A stretch of DNA of 64,000 nucleotides from Amoebophilaceae bacterium (GTDB lineage: Bacteria; Bacteroidota; Bacteroidia; Cytophagales; Amoebophilaceae). The stretch lies in assembly GCA_025455725.1 (NCBI GenBank), contig JALOLY010000002.1, forward strand, positions 3,963 to 67,962. Direction: 5' to 3'. This document shows, piece by piece, positions 30,100 to 43,267 of this stretch. Each line of letters starts with the position of its first letter. Position 1 is the stretch's first letter. The translations under genes were made by a program, and so were the position numbers. The notes beneath the pieces were generated by a model. The model did no database searches. It was not told where the DNA came from and worked only from the letters and a program-made list of their open reading frames with translations.

Positions 30100-30678
30100 C
30101 TACTCGTCGAGCTCTAGCACGGAGGGTGTGGGGCTTTTCAGCCTTTTGCTAAATGTATAGGGCCTGTTGGGAAAACATATAGGCCTAATAATCGCTTGAG
30201 GCACGTACTTCCTGATAGCCGCATAAGTAGGGTAAGCCTCTAACTTACTCAAGAACTTCCCAACCCGTACCGTGTAGCGAGGCAAATCATAGCTTACCCT
30301 AGGTGTCATGGTGGGATATCGTGTATGTAGCCTACTTCTTATTTTAAATGCTTCCTCTCTATTGCCCCCTGTATACACTTGAATCGTGTAACCATGGACA
30401 TACTTGACATGTTCATTGGCTACCTTCTTGCGTGCTAGTAGGTAGTCGAGCTGGTCGGTAACCGCGTCAATAGGGGCTACGTGGGCATATTTTTCCTGAT
30501 GCTCTATTTGCACAGGCTTTGGAGTCGTCAACTTGGCTACCTCAAACTTTCTTCTGTGTGCAGCAAGATTTTCGCTATAGGTACTCTGAGGCTTGTCTTT
30601 ACGCCATGCACCAGCCGTCGCTGTCGCAAATAATAACAGTGCTAGGTATACATGACGTCTCGTTGGGTGATCGACCAT
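30100..30678 (-). CDS. SPOR-domain (peptidoglycan-binding) protein
   Basis: N-terminal signal or anchor. C-terminal SPOR-like GYTIQVYTGGNREEAFKIRSRL...YTVRVGKFLSKLEA. Confidence 0.7.
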   Translation of the reverse strand: MVDHPTRRHVYLALLLFATATAGAWRKDKPQSTYSENLAAHRRKFEVAKLTTPKPVQIEHQEKYAHVAPIDAVTDQLDYLLARKKVANEHVKYVHGYTIQVYTGGNREEAFKIRSRLHTRYPTMTPRVSYDLPRYTVRVGKFLSKLEAYPTYAAIRKYVPQAIIRPICFPNRPYTFSKRLKSPTPSVLELDE

Positions 30679-31024
30679 ATTTTTGTTTGCTCACTTTTTT
30701 ATCAACCCTTGGGAACCGATTTCTGAAGGTGCTGATACGCTCTTTACGTACTTACCAAGGCTCTAAATAAAACATTCTCTAATTTTACGGCCTATTGTGT
30801 AAAATGAATGAGATATCCTCATACTGCTCCTTACAACCAGATCAAAACACCCGCCCCCCGTCATAGAGGTGGCTATATGCAGGCGCCGAACACTCAAAAT
30901 AACCCCCCAAAAGAATAACAGCCCTGGTATGGCTTTCGCATAAGAGCCTCCCAACAACGGGGAAATAAATAAGGCCTTGGTGGAGTGCGATACGCTATAG
31001 GGTGTACACATGACGCAACCAGAC

Positions 31025-32014
31025 CTACGTTATCAACCGTTGTATAGACTCAGCAATCTGTACGGCATTAGTGGCCGCTCCTTTGCGCAAATTATCTGCT
31101 ACAATCCACAAATTCAGCGTACAGGGCTGTGAATAATCTCTTCGGATGCGTCCCACAAATACTGCATCTTGATGCCGAGCGTAAAGAGGCATGGGATACT
31201 GGTGCTGCGCAGCACTGTCTTGTACAACAACACCTGGAGTTTTATTGAGTAAGTGGGTGACCTCATGAAGGTCAAACTCCTTGGCCAGCTCCACATTAAC
31301 AGCCAGAGAATGGCCGCCTAGTACAGGTACCCTAACAGCTGTAGCGGTTATGCGAATCGATACATCTCCTAATATCTTCTGCGTCTCGTTTACAAGCTTG
31401 ATTTCTTCCTTGGTATAACCGTTATCCAAAAACTCATCAATATGAGGAATGACATTAAGGTCAATAGGATAAGGATAAGCCTGGGGTACATCGGTTACTC
31501 CTTGACGCTCTGCCATCAGCTGTCCGACAGCTATTTTGCCAGTACCCGTCACAGCCTGATAAGTGGCTATCACCATGCGCCGCAGTCCATAATACTGGTG
31601 CAAGGGGGCTAAAGCCATAACAAGCTGAATGGTGGAACAATTGGGATTGGCAATGAGCTTGTCATTGGCCTGGAGAAGACGTCCATTGACCTCGGGCACA
31701 ATTAACTTGCAATCTGGATGCATGCGCCAAGCTGCAGAATTATCAATGGTTATGGCACCTGCCGCAACAAAAATAGGAACCCAGGTTGTAGATGTTGCCT
31801 GATCTGCAGCAAATATTATCAAGGTAGGTTGTGCTGCTAGTGCTGCTTCTAAGCTAATAATCTCGTGGGACTCTCCTGCCCATTGTAGGGCCTGGCCTAC
31901 GGAACCAGAAGAGGCCACCAGGAGCAAAGACTGCAGCGGAAAACGATGCTCCTCCAAGACATGCAAAATCTCTTGACCGACGAGGCCGGTAGCACCCACA
32001 AGAGCAAGCTTCAT
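31025..32014 (-). CDS. asd: Aspartate-semialdehyde dehydrogenase
   Basis: MKLALVGATGLVGQE Rossmann start (ATG at 32014) and the active-site region NPNCSTIQ. The listed ORF extends 19 codons further upstream. Confidence 0.92.
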   Translation of the reverse strand: MKLALVGATGLVGQEILHVLEEHRFPLQSLLLVASSGSVGQALQWAGESHEIISLEAALAAQPTLIIFAADQATSTTWVPIFVAAGAITIDNSAAWRMHPDCKLIVPEVNGRLLQANDKLIANPNCSTIQLVMALAPLHQYYGLRRMVIATYQAVTGTGKIAVGQLMAERQGVTDVPQAYPYPIDLNVIPHIDEFLDNGYTKEEIKLVNETQKILGDVSIRITATAVRVPVLGGHSLAVNVELAKEFDLHEVTHLLNKTPGVVVQDSAAQHQYPMPLYARHQDAVFVGRIRRDYSQPCTLNLWIVADNLRKGAATNAVQIAESIQRLIT

Positions 32015-32357
32015 ACACCTTACAGATTGTTTGAGTGGATTGTCAATTTTGCACTCATCTTTGTTGGACAAGGCCTACCGGGGGCCTTTTCTACAGTGCC
32101 CCACAACAGCAACGCTCCGCGCTGCACGACGCGAGGTCTGCAAGTGAGTAATCATGTATAGAAGCTCATCGACCGTTCAACCATGTCACCTTTTGACCAG
32201 AAATTGGGCCAAGACCCCGCGTTTGATTTTTCTAACCATATGCGCGGAACACACCAAGGAAACCGCACGCTAGTGTTAACCACAACTGATCAAAAAATCC
32301 TCCCAGTCCCGCATAAAATTTTTACGGGGGAAGTAACTACAAATGCGTGTATCTAGT

Positions 32358-33899
32358 CTAAAAATCGCACAATGATTTTCCGGTCATGGCAGATGGGACA
32401 GGCACCCCCATACATTGCAAGATAGTAGGTGCTACATCAGCTAGCCTACCATTTTTTAATCGTCTCGGTACTTTTTGATCCACCAGCACACAGGGAACTG
32501 GGTATGCGGTGTGTGCAGTGTAAGGACGTCCCTGAGCTGTCAGCATCTTGTCAGCATTACCATGATCCGACACGATAAGTACAGCGTAGCTGTTTTCTAT
32601 AGCTCTCCTGACCACTTTTTCCAAGCACTGGTCCACTACTTCACAGGCTCGGACTGTAGCTTCAAAAATGCCCGTATGTCCTACCATATCTGCGTTGGAA
32701 AAGTTAAGACAAATGAAATCAACTCTTTTCTTCGAAAGTACTGGCAGCACTTTTTCTGTAATGTCAAGAGCAGCCATAGCAGGCGCCAGGTCGTAGGTAG
32801 TTACCCGAGGGGAGGTACACAGCACACGTTCTTCACCTGGGAAAGGCTCTTCCCTGCCTCCAGAAAAGAAATACGTGACGTGTGGATACTTCTCTGTTTC
32901 AGCAATTCTAAGTTGTCTTTTCCCATATTTGCTCAATACTTCCCCCAATGTATCTTTCAAAATATTCTGCTCAAATAACGCCTTAACATGCTGAAATCGT
33001 TCATCGTAAGCCGTCATAGTCAGATAATGTAGCTTGAGTGGATGCATACCCAGCTTGGGTAGTGCTTCTTGGGTTAATGCTTGCGTAATCTGCCGACTTC
33101 TATCGGCCCTAAAATTAAAACAGAGCACTACATCGCCTTCCTGCAAGCATGCCTTGGGTGTGCCTTCCTGATTAGTCAGCAAAATGGGTTGTAAAAACTC
33201 ATCCGTAATGCCCTGAGCATAAGATTGCTCAATGGCCCTTTGCCAGTCTTGTACATGCGTGCCTTTGCCATGAACTAACGTATCGTAGGCGACCTTGGTT
33301 CGCCCCCAACGTCGATCTCGGTCCATGGCATAATAGCGGCCCATCACCGAAGCTAATTGCCCTGTCATCGTGCTCTGCAACTGAGATTCTAAATCTGACA
33401 AAAATTGTATTGCACTTTGTGGCGCTGTATCTCTCCCATCAGTAACCGCATGGATGAATAATCGCTCGATAGCATGATCTTTCGCTGCCTTACATATGGC
33501 TTTGAGGTGATCTAGATGAGCATGAACACCACCGTCAGAAACGAGACCCATGAGGTGTATGGCTTTTTGGTGTGTTTTGGAATAACTGAACGCAGACAGC
33601 AGCGCTTCGTTTTGGTAAAATTCTCCAGAAGCAATGGCCTTGTTGATACGACCTAAAGACTGGTCTACTACTCTACCCGCCCCCAAATTAATATGACCCA
33701 CTTCAGAATTACCCACCTGGCCTTCTGGCAGTCCGACGGCTAAACCTGAGGCCAATAACTGACTAGAGGGATACTGTTGGTAAAGTGACTCGATAAAAGG
33801 CGTACTGGCCTTGTCAATGGCAGAATACTGTGGCTGAGGCGCAAGGCCCCAGCCATCCAAAATCAAGAGAATTAACTTCTTTTGTGTTGGCTGCATCAC
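32358..33899 (-). CDS. gpmI: 2,3-bisphosphoglycerate-independent phosphoglycerate mutase
   Basis: 513 aa; LLILDGWG, NSEVGHINLGAGR and SDHGNA motifs. Confidence 0.93.
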   Translation of the reverse strand: MMQPTQKKLILLILDGWGLAPQPQYSAIDKASTPFIESLYQQYPSSQLLASGLAVGLPEGQVGNSEVGHINLGAGRVVDQSLGRINKAIASGEFYQNEALLSAFSYSKTHQKAIHLMGLVSDGGVHAHLDHLKAICKAAKDHAIERLFIHAVTDGRDTAPQSAIQFLSDLESQLQSTMTGQLASVMGRYYAMDRDRRWGRTKVAYDTLVHGKGTHVQDWQRAIEQSYAQGITDEFLQPILLTNQEGTPKACLQEGDVVLCFNFRADRSRQITQALTQEALPKLGMHPLKLHYLTMTAYDERFQHVKALFEQNILKDTLGEVLSKYGKRQLRIAETEKYPHVTYFFSGGREEPFPGEERVLCTSPRVTTYDLAPAMAALDITEKVLPVLSKKRVDFICLNFSNADMVGHTGIFEATVRACEVVDQCLEKVVRRAIENSYAVLIVSDHGNADKMLTAQGRPYTAHTAYPVPCVLVDQKVPRRLKNGRLADVAPTILQCMGVPVPSAMTGKSLCDF

Positions 33900-34164
33900 G
33901 ATCTCGGCTATGGTAGGTTTGGGTGATTACTAAGTCTGCCTATCATCTTGTAATTGGAGAGCCAATGATGAGGAGGTCTGAGTAATTTGAGGGTTTTTCC
34001 TTTTTACATGACACCGATGCGTCAGTCTTAGACTACCTCGGCAAAGCGTAACACTTGCCCGCACTGCCGACATTGCGTAAGTTTAGCAAAAATTCAAGGT
34101 CAACTGATTACAAGTCTTCAACGACCCAAGATAGCCCCTGGGAGACGTGGCGGGTGTGTATCGA

Positions 34165-35214
34165 ATGGAAAAACTCATGAACGACAAGATAGAAAAATTA
34201 AAGGCCTTACAACTGACCATTGACAAAATAGAAAAGACCTACGGCAAGGGAACGGTCATGAGGCTAAGTGATAGCAAAGTGGTAGACGTACCCGCAATCT
34301 CTACAGGCTCTCTGGGCTTAGACCTAGCACTAGGTATCGGTGGTATTCCTAGGGGAAGAATCATTGAAGTGTATGGTCCAGAGTCATCTGGCAAAACCAC
34401 TCTGAGCCTCCATTGTATAGCTGAAGCACAGAAAACCGGTGGCATGGCTGCCTTCATTGACGCAGAACACGCCTTCGATAAAACATATGCCGAGAAGCTA
34501 GGCATCAACATAGAGAATTTACTCATTTCTCAGCCAGACCATGGCGAACAAGCTCTGGAAATTGCAGAGCACCTCATTCGTTCTGGCACCATAGACATTA
34601 TCGTCATTGACTCTGTAGCCGCTCTGGTGCCTCGAAGCGAACTAGAGGGCGATATGGGCGATAGCAAAATGGGCCTACAGGCCCGACTGATGTCTCAAGC
34701 GCTCAGAAAGCTAACGGGCGCCATCAGCAAAACGGGTTGCTCTTGTATCTTCATCAACCAACTTCGTGAGAAAATAGGGGTGTTATTTGGCAATCCTGAA
34801 ACAACAACGGGCGGCAATGCGCTGAAGTTTTATGCCTCTGTGCGGCTAGACATCCGCAGATTGTCTCAAATAAAAGACAGTACCGGAGAATTATTGGGCA
34901 ACCGCACCAAGGTGAAAGTGGTCAAGAATAAGGTTGCACCGCCTTTCAAGGTTGTTGAGTTTGATATCATTTATGGAGAAGGTATTTCTAAAGTGGGAGA
35001 AATCGTCGATCTGGGTGTCGCTTTAAACGTTATCCAGAAAGCAGGGTCTTGGTTCTCTTACGAAGGCAATAAGCTTGCCCAAGGAAGAGATGCAGTTAAG
35101 GCGTTGTTACAGGATAATCATGAACTTCTGGACACATTACAAGGCATTATTTATGCCCAAATACACAATGTGCCCTCTCATCAAGCCGTAGACAGTGAAG
35201 TACACACAGAATGA
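34165..35214 (+). CDS. recA: Recombinase RecA
   Basis: [12 protein letters not shown], Walker [11 protein letters not shown] and [10 protein letters not shown]. The start is ambiguous between 34147 (GTG), 34165 and 34177 (ATG). Confidence 0.95.
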   Translation: MEKLMNDKIEKLKALQLTIDKIEKTYGKGTVMRLSDSKVVDVPAISTGSLGLDLALGIGGIPRGRIIEVYGPESSGKTTLSLHCIAEAQKTGGMAAFIDAEHAFDKTYAEKLGINIENLLISQPDHGEQALEIAEHLIRSGTIDIIVIDSVAALVPRSELEGDMGDSKMGLQARLMSQALRKLTGAISKTGCSCIFINQLREKIGVLFGNPETTTGGNALKFYASVRLDIRRLSQIKDSTGELLGNRTKVKVVKNKVAPPFKVVEFDIIYGEGISKVGEIVDLGVALNVIQKAGSWFSYEGNKLAQGRDAVKALLQDNHELLDTLQGIIYAQIHNVPSHQAVDSEVHTE

Positions 35215-36233
35215 TTAGCTCAATTTCCTCCTTCCAGGCACTCCGAATCCTTGTGGCCTTGAGTGTGCGCCTCCGGATAATCGATGTGCTGCGTGAGATG
35301 TGTGCTGGTGCTCCGTCTTTTCGTCTTGCCAGACCAGGAAAGAGCGTCATTACAGGGAGTTTTCGGGGCGTCTCCCAATTATCTTGCGAGTCAGACGCGC
35401 GTGCGTTTTTGTCCGCAACCGTTTCCGTGATTCTACCCATTTCACTGCAAACTCGCACCGAGGGGGATATTGCCTCGTGCAGCGTGAGTCACCGCAAGAA
35501 GTCTTAAGAAGGGAACAGACACACCGCATACATAAAATCGCAATCAATATCTGTAGCATCCAATACTTCGGATTGCTGCGCACCTGAAAAGTGAATTGCA
35601 CCAACGACACATCTCAGAGATATCTTATCGCTGGCCCATCAGGATGCGATGACTATACTTTCCAAAGGCTCCGACCCTAGCCGTCAACGAGGACTTGTAA
35701 CGGTTGCTTCTATCCTACACGAGAGGGTCAATCATCGCAGAATGAGTGCGCCCACCGAAGTAGCACGTGATGAGGAGCATATGCTGGATTAATGGCAAGA
35801 GGCCAACCTAAAAACAACCTTCAAAAGACTGATAGTAAGGCACATGAAACAAAAGGAATCTTTGCAGAAAAGGCGGTGCAAAAACAACCATTCCGAATAA
35901 CTATTCCCCACTTTAATCGTATTTTTGACATAACCTGAGGCGCGGCGTCTGGCCCACCACTTTCAATATAAAATCAATACAGTATACTGCCAGACACACA
36001 CAGCTCAGCCCCCCACAAGCTACGGTACAGCGGCAACGTTATTCCTAAAAAATAAGGCACACAGGAGTTGTTTGCTATATATGACCCGCAACGCTCCGAC
36101 CTTCAGAAGATTGAGATGTACACACGCCTCAATGTCCCAATTTTCGTTGCGATACCGTGCCCACACCATTCATTCACTGAAGTCACACCCCAAAAATAGC
36201 CCAAACGTGAGTGAAGATTCGCCTTCATTGCAC

Positions 36234-36241
36234 TATATTTG
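36234..36241 (+). promoter_or_regulatory. Candidate Bacteroidota -7 promoter element (TATATTTG = TAnnTTTG)
   Basis: Exact match to TAnnTTTG, 27 nt upstream of the ZIP transporter ATG. No clear TTTG -33 element was seen. Confidence 0.25.
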
Positions 36242-36267
36242 CTGTCCACAACCTAAAATCTTTACAA

Positions 36268-37023
36268 ATGCTTTTTCAGGCCTTACTTATTTTTCTTGCT
36301 GCGGCTCTTGGGGGGAGCAGCTTGTTGATCATCCGAAAGCCCAAACCAGCTTATCTGAAACTCTTTCTCATCTTCTCCGGCGGCTACCTTTTTGCTATTA
36401 CCTTCTTACATATTCTCCCCGATCTTTTTGCCCTGCATACTGATGCCAGACTAGCGGGACTATATATTCTCGTAGGCTTCTTTTTACAGCTCCTACTAGA
36501 ATTTTTTAGCAAAGGTATAGAACATGGACACGAATACGAGGCACAACTAGCAGAGCATCGGCCCAGTGTTTCGCCACTTACGTTGATGGCTGCATTCTTC
36601 CTGCATGCCTTTTTAGATGGCGTAATCCTGAGTAGTCCCTCTCCTGCACACGGCCACCACCACCATGGCCACGGTGCTAATGGTCTCCTGATAGGCATTC
36701 TCTTGCACAAAATTCCAGAGTCTTTTGTGTTGGCAAGCATCTTGGGTAAGCTTACTAATCGAAAAAGAACGGTGATCGTATGCTTGTTAATTTTTGCACT
36801 GGCCTCTCCTATGGGCTTGCTAGGAATCGGCCATTTTAATCAACAACAATTGTTATCTGGACATGGCTCGCTGGCTCTGTGGGGTATTGTTAGTGGTAGT
36901 TTTATGCATATCGCTAGCACTATTTTGGCTGAGGCAAGCCCATGTCACCGCCCCAATGTTCGCAAGTTTATAGCAAGTTTATTAGGTGCAGGATTGGCTG
37001 TCATCTGCGAGTTTGTGCTATAA
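36268..37023 (+). CDS. ZIP-family divalent metal (zinc) transporter
   Basis: Multi-TM protein with a His-rich loop (PAHGHHHHGHG) and a HKIPESF motif. The ATG at 36268 is preferred over the listed start at 36211. Confidence 0.8.
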   Translation: MLFQALLIFLAAALGGSSLLIIRKPKPAYLKLFLIFSGGYLFAITFLHILPDLFALHTDARLAGLYILVGFFLQLLLEFFSKGIEHGHEYEAQLAEHRPSVSPLTLMAAFFLHAFLDGVILSSPSPAHGHHHHGHGANGLLIGILLHKIPESFVLASILGKLTNRKRTVIVCLLIFALASPMGLLGIGHFNQQQLLSGHGSLALWGIVSGSFMHIASTILAEASPCHRPNVRKFIASLLGAGLAVICEFVL

Positions 37024-37058
37024 GGGCCTTATCGGGATTCCTAGCAGCTATTGTATAG

Positions 37059-39118
<2,060 letters not shown>

Positions 39119-39119
<1 letters not shown>

Positions 39120-39655
39120 TGTCGTGTATCAAGGAGAAAATTCTTTCGCTATACACCAAAAGGCTAATCAAGAGCTGCCGTATAGCGCGCACCAACGTAG
39201 GATTTCAACAAGCCCAAAACATAGGCATTCTATACAGTGCTGATACATCTCAAAAACATGAAGTCATACACTATTTAGCAACAAGGCTCAAAAACATGGG
39301 CAAACAAGTGACTATACTGTGTTACACAAAAGTTCCCACACAGACTCCTCATTGTATTTTCCCCACAATCACCCACCACGATCTGCCACTCTGGGGGGCT
39401 ATTGCACACCCCAAAACCCGCGCTTTTGTCAATGCCTCTTTTGACTACTTGTTCCATGTAGATCTATCGGGACATCCTATGCTGGATTACCTCCTGGCCA
39501 AGTCTCACGCCAAATGTAGGGTAGGCCGCTATGATACTGCACGTACCAACCTGTTTGAGATAATGGTCAAATTTGATAAAAGAGCAGATAGCAACGCAAT
39601 CGACGACTTAGTAGCACAAATGCTGCACTATACCCAACTCTTACAGGTACCATGA
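39119..39655 (+). CDS. Hypothetical protein (178 aa), translationally coupled between ligA and dapA
   Basis: TAATG overlap with the ligA stop and ATGA overlap with the dapA start. No motif was recognised. Confidence 0.45.
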
Positions 39656-40533
39656 TAAAAAGATTCATAGGCACTGGCGTAGCACTCGTCACACCTTTTG
39701 ACAGAGCACTTCGTGTTGACTTTCGGGGGCTGAAGAGACTCTTGAACTATACTACAGATAGCGAAGTCCGCTACTTAGTGGTACACGGCACCACGGGTGA
39801 GGCAGCCACAACTACACCTGAGGAGAAAGCAGCCATCTTAGCGTTTGTACAAGCACATAATCCCAACAACCTGCCCATTGTCTATGGTATAGGCGGTAAC
39901 AACACCCATGAGCTTATTAAAACGATTAGAAACACCAATTTTCAAGGAATTGATGCAGTACTTTCGGCAAGTCCTCACTACAATAGGCCTTCCCAAGAAG
40001 GTATCTATCAACATTACAGGGCCATAGCAGAAGTCTGTCCCGTACCCATTTTACTCTATAACATTCCTGTCAGAACAGGTAGCAATATAACCGCAACAAC
40101 AACCCTACGACTCAGTGAACACCCCAATATCATCGGCATCAAAGAAGCCTCCGGTAACTTGCTACAGTGTATAGAGATTGCCAAAGGAAAAGATGATGAC
40201 TTTCTGCTCATCTCAGGTGACGATATGCTGACCCTTCCTATGATGGCCATAGGAGCTGTAGGAGTCATCAGCGTCATCGCTAATGGATTTCCTAAAAAGA
40301 TGGCTCATATAACTAATTTGGTGCTACAAAGAAGAGATGAGGAAGCACAATCTCATGTTGGTACATTGCTCCCAGTCAATAGGCTCATAGGCCAGGAAAG
40401 CAACCCTGTAGGTATCAAGCAGCTGCTGGCCGTCTTAGGAATTTGCCAAAAGCATGTCAGACTACCACTGGTCTCAGCACCCACATCACTTGCCCGGAGA
40501 ATGCGGACTGTTGTCCTTCAAGGAAAGACCTAA
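39652..40533 (+). CDS. dapA: 4-hydroxy-tetrahydrodipicolinate synthase
   Basis: GTGVALVTPF, VHGTTGE, YNIP, and an active-site Lys region (GIKEASG). Confidence 0.92.
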   Translation: MIKRFIGTGVALVTPFDRALRVDFRGLKRLLNYTTDSEVRYLVVHGTTGEAATTTPEEKAAILAFVQAHNPNNLPIVYGIGGNNTHELIKTIRNTNFQGIDAVLSASPHYNRPSQEGIYQHYRAIAEVCPVPILLYNIPVRTGSNITATTTLRLSEHPNIIGIKEASGNLLQCIEIAKGKDDDFLLISGDDMLTLPMMAIGAVGVISVIANGFPKKMAHITNLVLQRRDEEAQSHVGTLLPVNRLIGQESNPVGIKQLLAVLGICQKHVRLPLVSAPTSLARRMRTVVLQGKT

Positions 40534-40586
40534 AAAAAGAGGAAGCTACGTGCTCCCTCATAGAAAATTCCTTCCTTTGTAGCAGA

Positions 40587-40775
40587 CTATCCTTGTTTGC
40601 TACTTTTATTCTTCAAGTCTTGAACGTGCGTTCTTATCTCTTGGGCTAAAACCTTGAGGTCTTGCATGCCCTTCCTAATGCGCGTCCCCGCAGCATTATT
40701 CTCCTTTTCATAAAACTTGATAAAGTCGTCTTCTATACCGTGGACTAACTGCTTTAGTTGTTCGTAGTAGTTCAT
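40587..40775 (-). CDS. Histone H1-like (Hc1-like) small nucleoid protein, 62 aa
   Basis: MNYYEQLKQLVHGIEDDFIKFYEKENNAAGTRIRKGMQDLKVLAQEIRTHVQDLKNK matches the Bacteroidota histone-H1-like family (the ...KFYxKGNKAAGTRxRKxMQxLKxLAQxIR pattern, recalled from memory). The remaining 141 upstream codons of the listed ORF have no features. Confidence 0.7.
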   Translation of the reverse strand: MNYYEQLKQLVHGIEDDFIKFYEKENNAAGTRIRKGMQDLKVLAQEIRTHVQDLKNKSSKQG

Positions 40776-41297
40776 ATGTTTAATCTTTTGGTTGCTAAAA
40801 TCTTGCCCCAAGGTAGCCAAAATACGTAGAAAACAACAAAAAGAAATTTTAGATTTAATCATTTCAACAGCGAGTACCTTCAAAAAACCAGCAAGAGACA
40901 GGCTAAGTCCCACGGCGTACGGATGTATCAAGTTGAATGAAAACGGGACTATTGCAGAACGTACGAGGATCTTACGTAAGTATTCCTTGAATGGTTGAAA
41001 TATCGCCGTGCAGCGGTCTCCCCCTGAAGAAGCAGCATCAACTGCTCGGCAATAAATACACAGCAAACAGCTCACCGAACTCTTATCTGGCAGTGATTTA
41101 AAGCTCCGGGTATTAGACTCTACGCACCCTCTTGCCAGAAAGTCCCCGAAGCTATCAAGGGCCCAAACAGGGTAATATGCAGAAAAACAGGCACCCACTG
41201 CCCATAGCTTGTAACAGATGAAGACCCTTCTAAAAGCTAGTGGGTGAAGGCCAGCACCTCAGAGAAATCCGCTGGCAGCTCTTCCCTCAAAACAGGA

Positions 41298-42524
41298 TCA
41301 GGCAACCTTCAGCATGTCTAACTTCGACTTGCTCAGTTTTTCCACGGCATACGCCTTATCGAATACCAACCTCTTCATTTTCTTTTGAGACGGGATTTCA
41401 AACATAGAGTCCATAATAATGATCTCACATATAGCACGTAAGCCCCTAGCACCCAGTTTAAGCTCTGATGCTTTTTGCACGATATAATCTATTGTTTCTT
41501 CTGCAAACTTTAGTTTGACACCATCCATCTCAAACAGCTTCTCATACTGTTTGGTCAGTGCATTTTTGGGCTCCGTAAGGATCCTTTTGAGAGTAACCGA
41601 ATCAAGGGGATCAAGGTGACTGACAATGGGTAGCCTGCCTAACAACTCGGGAATAAACCCATAGGCTTTTAAGTCGGGTGCAGCAATATATTGCAGCAAG
41701 TTACTCTTCCCGACACGTGGCTCCTTACTACTTGATGTCATAAAACCCAGTTGCTTGGTATTGAGTCGCTTCCCAATAATCTCTTCAATACCCCCAAAAG
41801 CTCCACCACAGATGAACAGAATGTTTTCTGTATTCATCTGAATCATCTTCTGATCAGGATGCTTCCTGCCACCTTGGGGAGGCACGTTAACGATAGTACC
41901 TTCCAACAGCTTCAACAAAGCTTGTTGTACTCCTTCCCCACTGACATCACGGGTAATAGAAGGGTTATCTCCCTTGCGAGCGATTTTGTCGATCTCATCT
42001 ACGTAGACGATCCCCTTCTCTGCAGCAGCCACATCGTAGTCAGCTGCCTGCAACAAACGGGTGAGAATACTCTCCACATCTTCGCCCACGTACCCCGCCT
42101 CGGTCAACACAGTGGCGTCTACAATACAAAATGGCACTTGAAGAATGTCTCGTGCCAAAGTACGGGCCAAGTAGGTCTTGCCAGTTCCTGTCTCCCCAAC
42201 TAAAACAATGTTAGACTTCTCTATCAGTACACTACTATCTTCGACAGGCTGTGTAAGTCTTTTGTAATGGTTGTAAACAGCAACCGAGAGGATCTTTTTA
42301 GTCGCATCTTGGCCTATGACGTATTGATCTAGATGTGCTTTGATCTCCTTAGGAGGAATACTCTTAAAGCTTGTCGCCTGGCTAGATGATGATTTCTTGT
42401 CTTTATCGACGAGCAAAATAGCCTGTTCTATGCACTTATCACATATATGAGCAGAATGACCAGAGATCATCATGACCACCGAATCATTGCTTCGCCTACA
42501 AAAGGAACAGTAGAGCTTTTCCAT
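41298..42524 (-). CDS. clpX: ATP-dependent Clp protease ATP-binding subunit ClpX
   Basis: N-terminal Zn finger CSFC...CDKC, Walker [12 protein letters not shown] and Walker B VYVDEIDK. Confidence 0.95.
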   Translation of the reverse strand: MEKLYCSFCRRSNDSVVMMISGHSAHICDKCIEQAILLVDKDKKSSSSQATSFKSIPPKEIKAHLDQYVIGQDATKKILSVAVYNHYKRLTQPVEDSSVLIEKSNIVLVGETGTGKTYLARTLARDILQVPFCIVDATVLTEAGYVGEDVESILTRLLQAADYDVAAAEKGIVYVDEIDKIARKGDNPSITRDVSGEGVQQALLKLLEGTIVNVPPQGGRKHPDQKMIQMNTENILFICGGAFGGIEEIIGKRLNTKQLGFMTSSSKEPRVGKSNLLQYIAAPDLKAYGFIPELLGRLPIVSHLDPLDSVTLKRILTEPKNALTKQYEKLFEMDGVKLKFAEETIDYIVQKASELKLGARGLRAICEIIIMDSMFEIPSQKKMKRLVFDKAYAVEKLSKSKLDMLKVA

Positions 42525-42529
42525 AATTT

Positions 42530-43201
42530 TTATTGCTTTTTCTCTAACACTTCGTCAATGATGCCATAGTCCCGCGCCTGCGACGCTCTCATCCAAAAGT
42601 CTCTGTCTGCATCCTTTTCTATAATTTCGGAGTTTTTACCGGTATGTTTGGCAAAGATTTGGTACAAATCCTTCTTAATTTCTATCATTTGCTTGATAGT
42701 GATTTCCATGTCGGAGGCCTGGCCTTGTGCTCCTCCCAAAGGCTGGTGGATCATAATCCTGGCATGAGGCAAAGCAGATCTCTTGCCCGGTGCTCCCCCT
42801 GCTAACAAAACGGCCCCCATCGAAGCTGCTAGGCCTGTGCAAATCGTGGCCACATGGGGCGCGACGTACTGCATCGTGTCGTAGATGCCTAGGCCAGGGT
42901 ACACAGCGCCACCTGGACTGTTGATGTAGAGGAGGATATCTTTGTTGGGTTCTGTAGACTCTAGAAAAAGGAGTTGCGCGATAACAATATTGGCAATATG
43001 ATCATCCACTTGCATGCCTAGAAAAATGATTCTATCCATGATTAATCGAGAAAAAACATCAATCTCCCGAAAATTTGTGGGTCTTTCTTCGATTACTGAA
43101 CGGGTCATATTTTCTACCCGCTCCATGTAATCATCAACGTACAGGCTGCTGATGCGTCTATCTTTTACAGCATAGTTCCTGAATTCTTTTCGATTGAGCA
43201 T
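42530..43201 (-). CDS. clpP: ATP-dependent Clp protease proteolytic subunit
   Basis: Catalytic Ser context GLAASMGA and His context MIHQPLGG. Confidence 0.95.
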   Translation of the reverse strand: MLNRKEFRNYAVKDRRISSLYVDDYMERVENMTRSVIEERPTNFREIDVFSRLIMDRIIFLGMQVDDHIANIVIAQLLFLESTEPNKDILLYINSPGGAVYPGLGIYDTMQYVAPHVATICTGLAASMGAVLLAGGAPGKRSALPHARIMIHQPLGGAQGQASDMEITIKQMIEIKKDLYQIFAKHTGKNSEIIEKDADRDFWMRASQARDYGIIDEVLEKKQ

Positions 43202-43267
43202 GTATTCTTGATTTAATGCCTGTTACCTGGCCTGGAACACCCTGCGCGATGCATGTTAGGGGAAATA

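Noticed and set aside
29951-30160. A 69-aa ORF with a His/Gln-rich run (HRHHHQQHH) in the comF/SPOR intergenic gap.
   Set aside because: It overlaps the 3' end of the SPOR gene on the opposite strand, has no start context or domain, and is probably a chance ORF.
30763-31011. An 82-aa minus-strand ORF between asd and the SPOR gene.
   Set aside because: No recognisable motif and unusual composition. It fits equally well as intergenic or promoter DNA for the SPOR gene.
32015-32357. A possible lysine riboswitch (L-box) or attenuator upstream of asd. The region includes a 6-bp hairpin, aaggcc...ggcctt, about 60 nt before the start.
   Set aside because: The conserved L-box cores (AGAGGnGC, GGGGAGC..CGCCGAAG, GCTGTCA) are not present, and the short hairpin alone is not diagnostic.
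41026-41036. gaagaagcagc, resembling the SRP RNA domain IV motif (GGAAGGAAGCAGC).
   Set aside because: There is no GGAA tetraloop closed by a stem, and no complementary 3' strand or conserved flanking helix.
41137-41145. agaaagtcc, resembling the RNase P P4 strand, followed by AGGGC...GGTAA-like strings.
   Set aside because: Only about 160 nt remain before the clpX coding region, no P4 3' strand was found, and the match to GAGGAAAGTCCGGGC is partial.
40776-41198. A 141-codon N-terminal extension making the Hc1-like gene a 203-aa protein.
   Set aside because: Homology to the histone-H1-like family starts exactly at the internal Met (MNYYEQL...). The extension is Cys/Phe/Ser-rich with no features.
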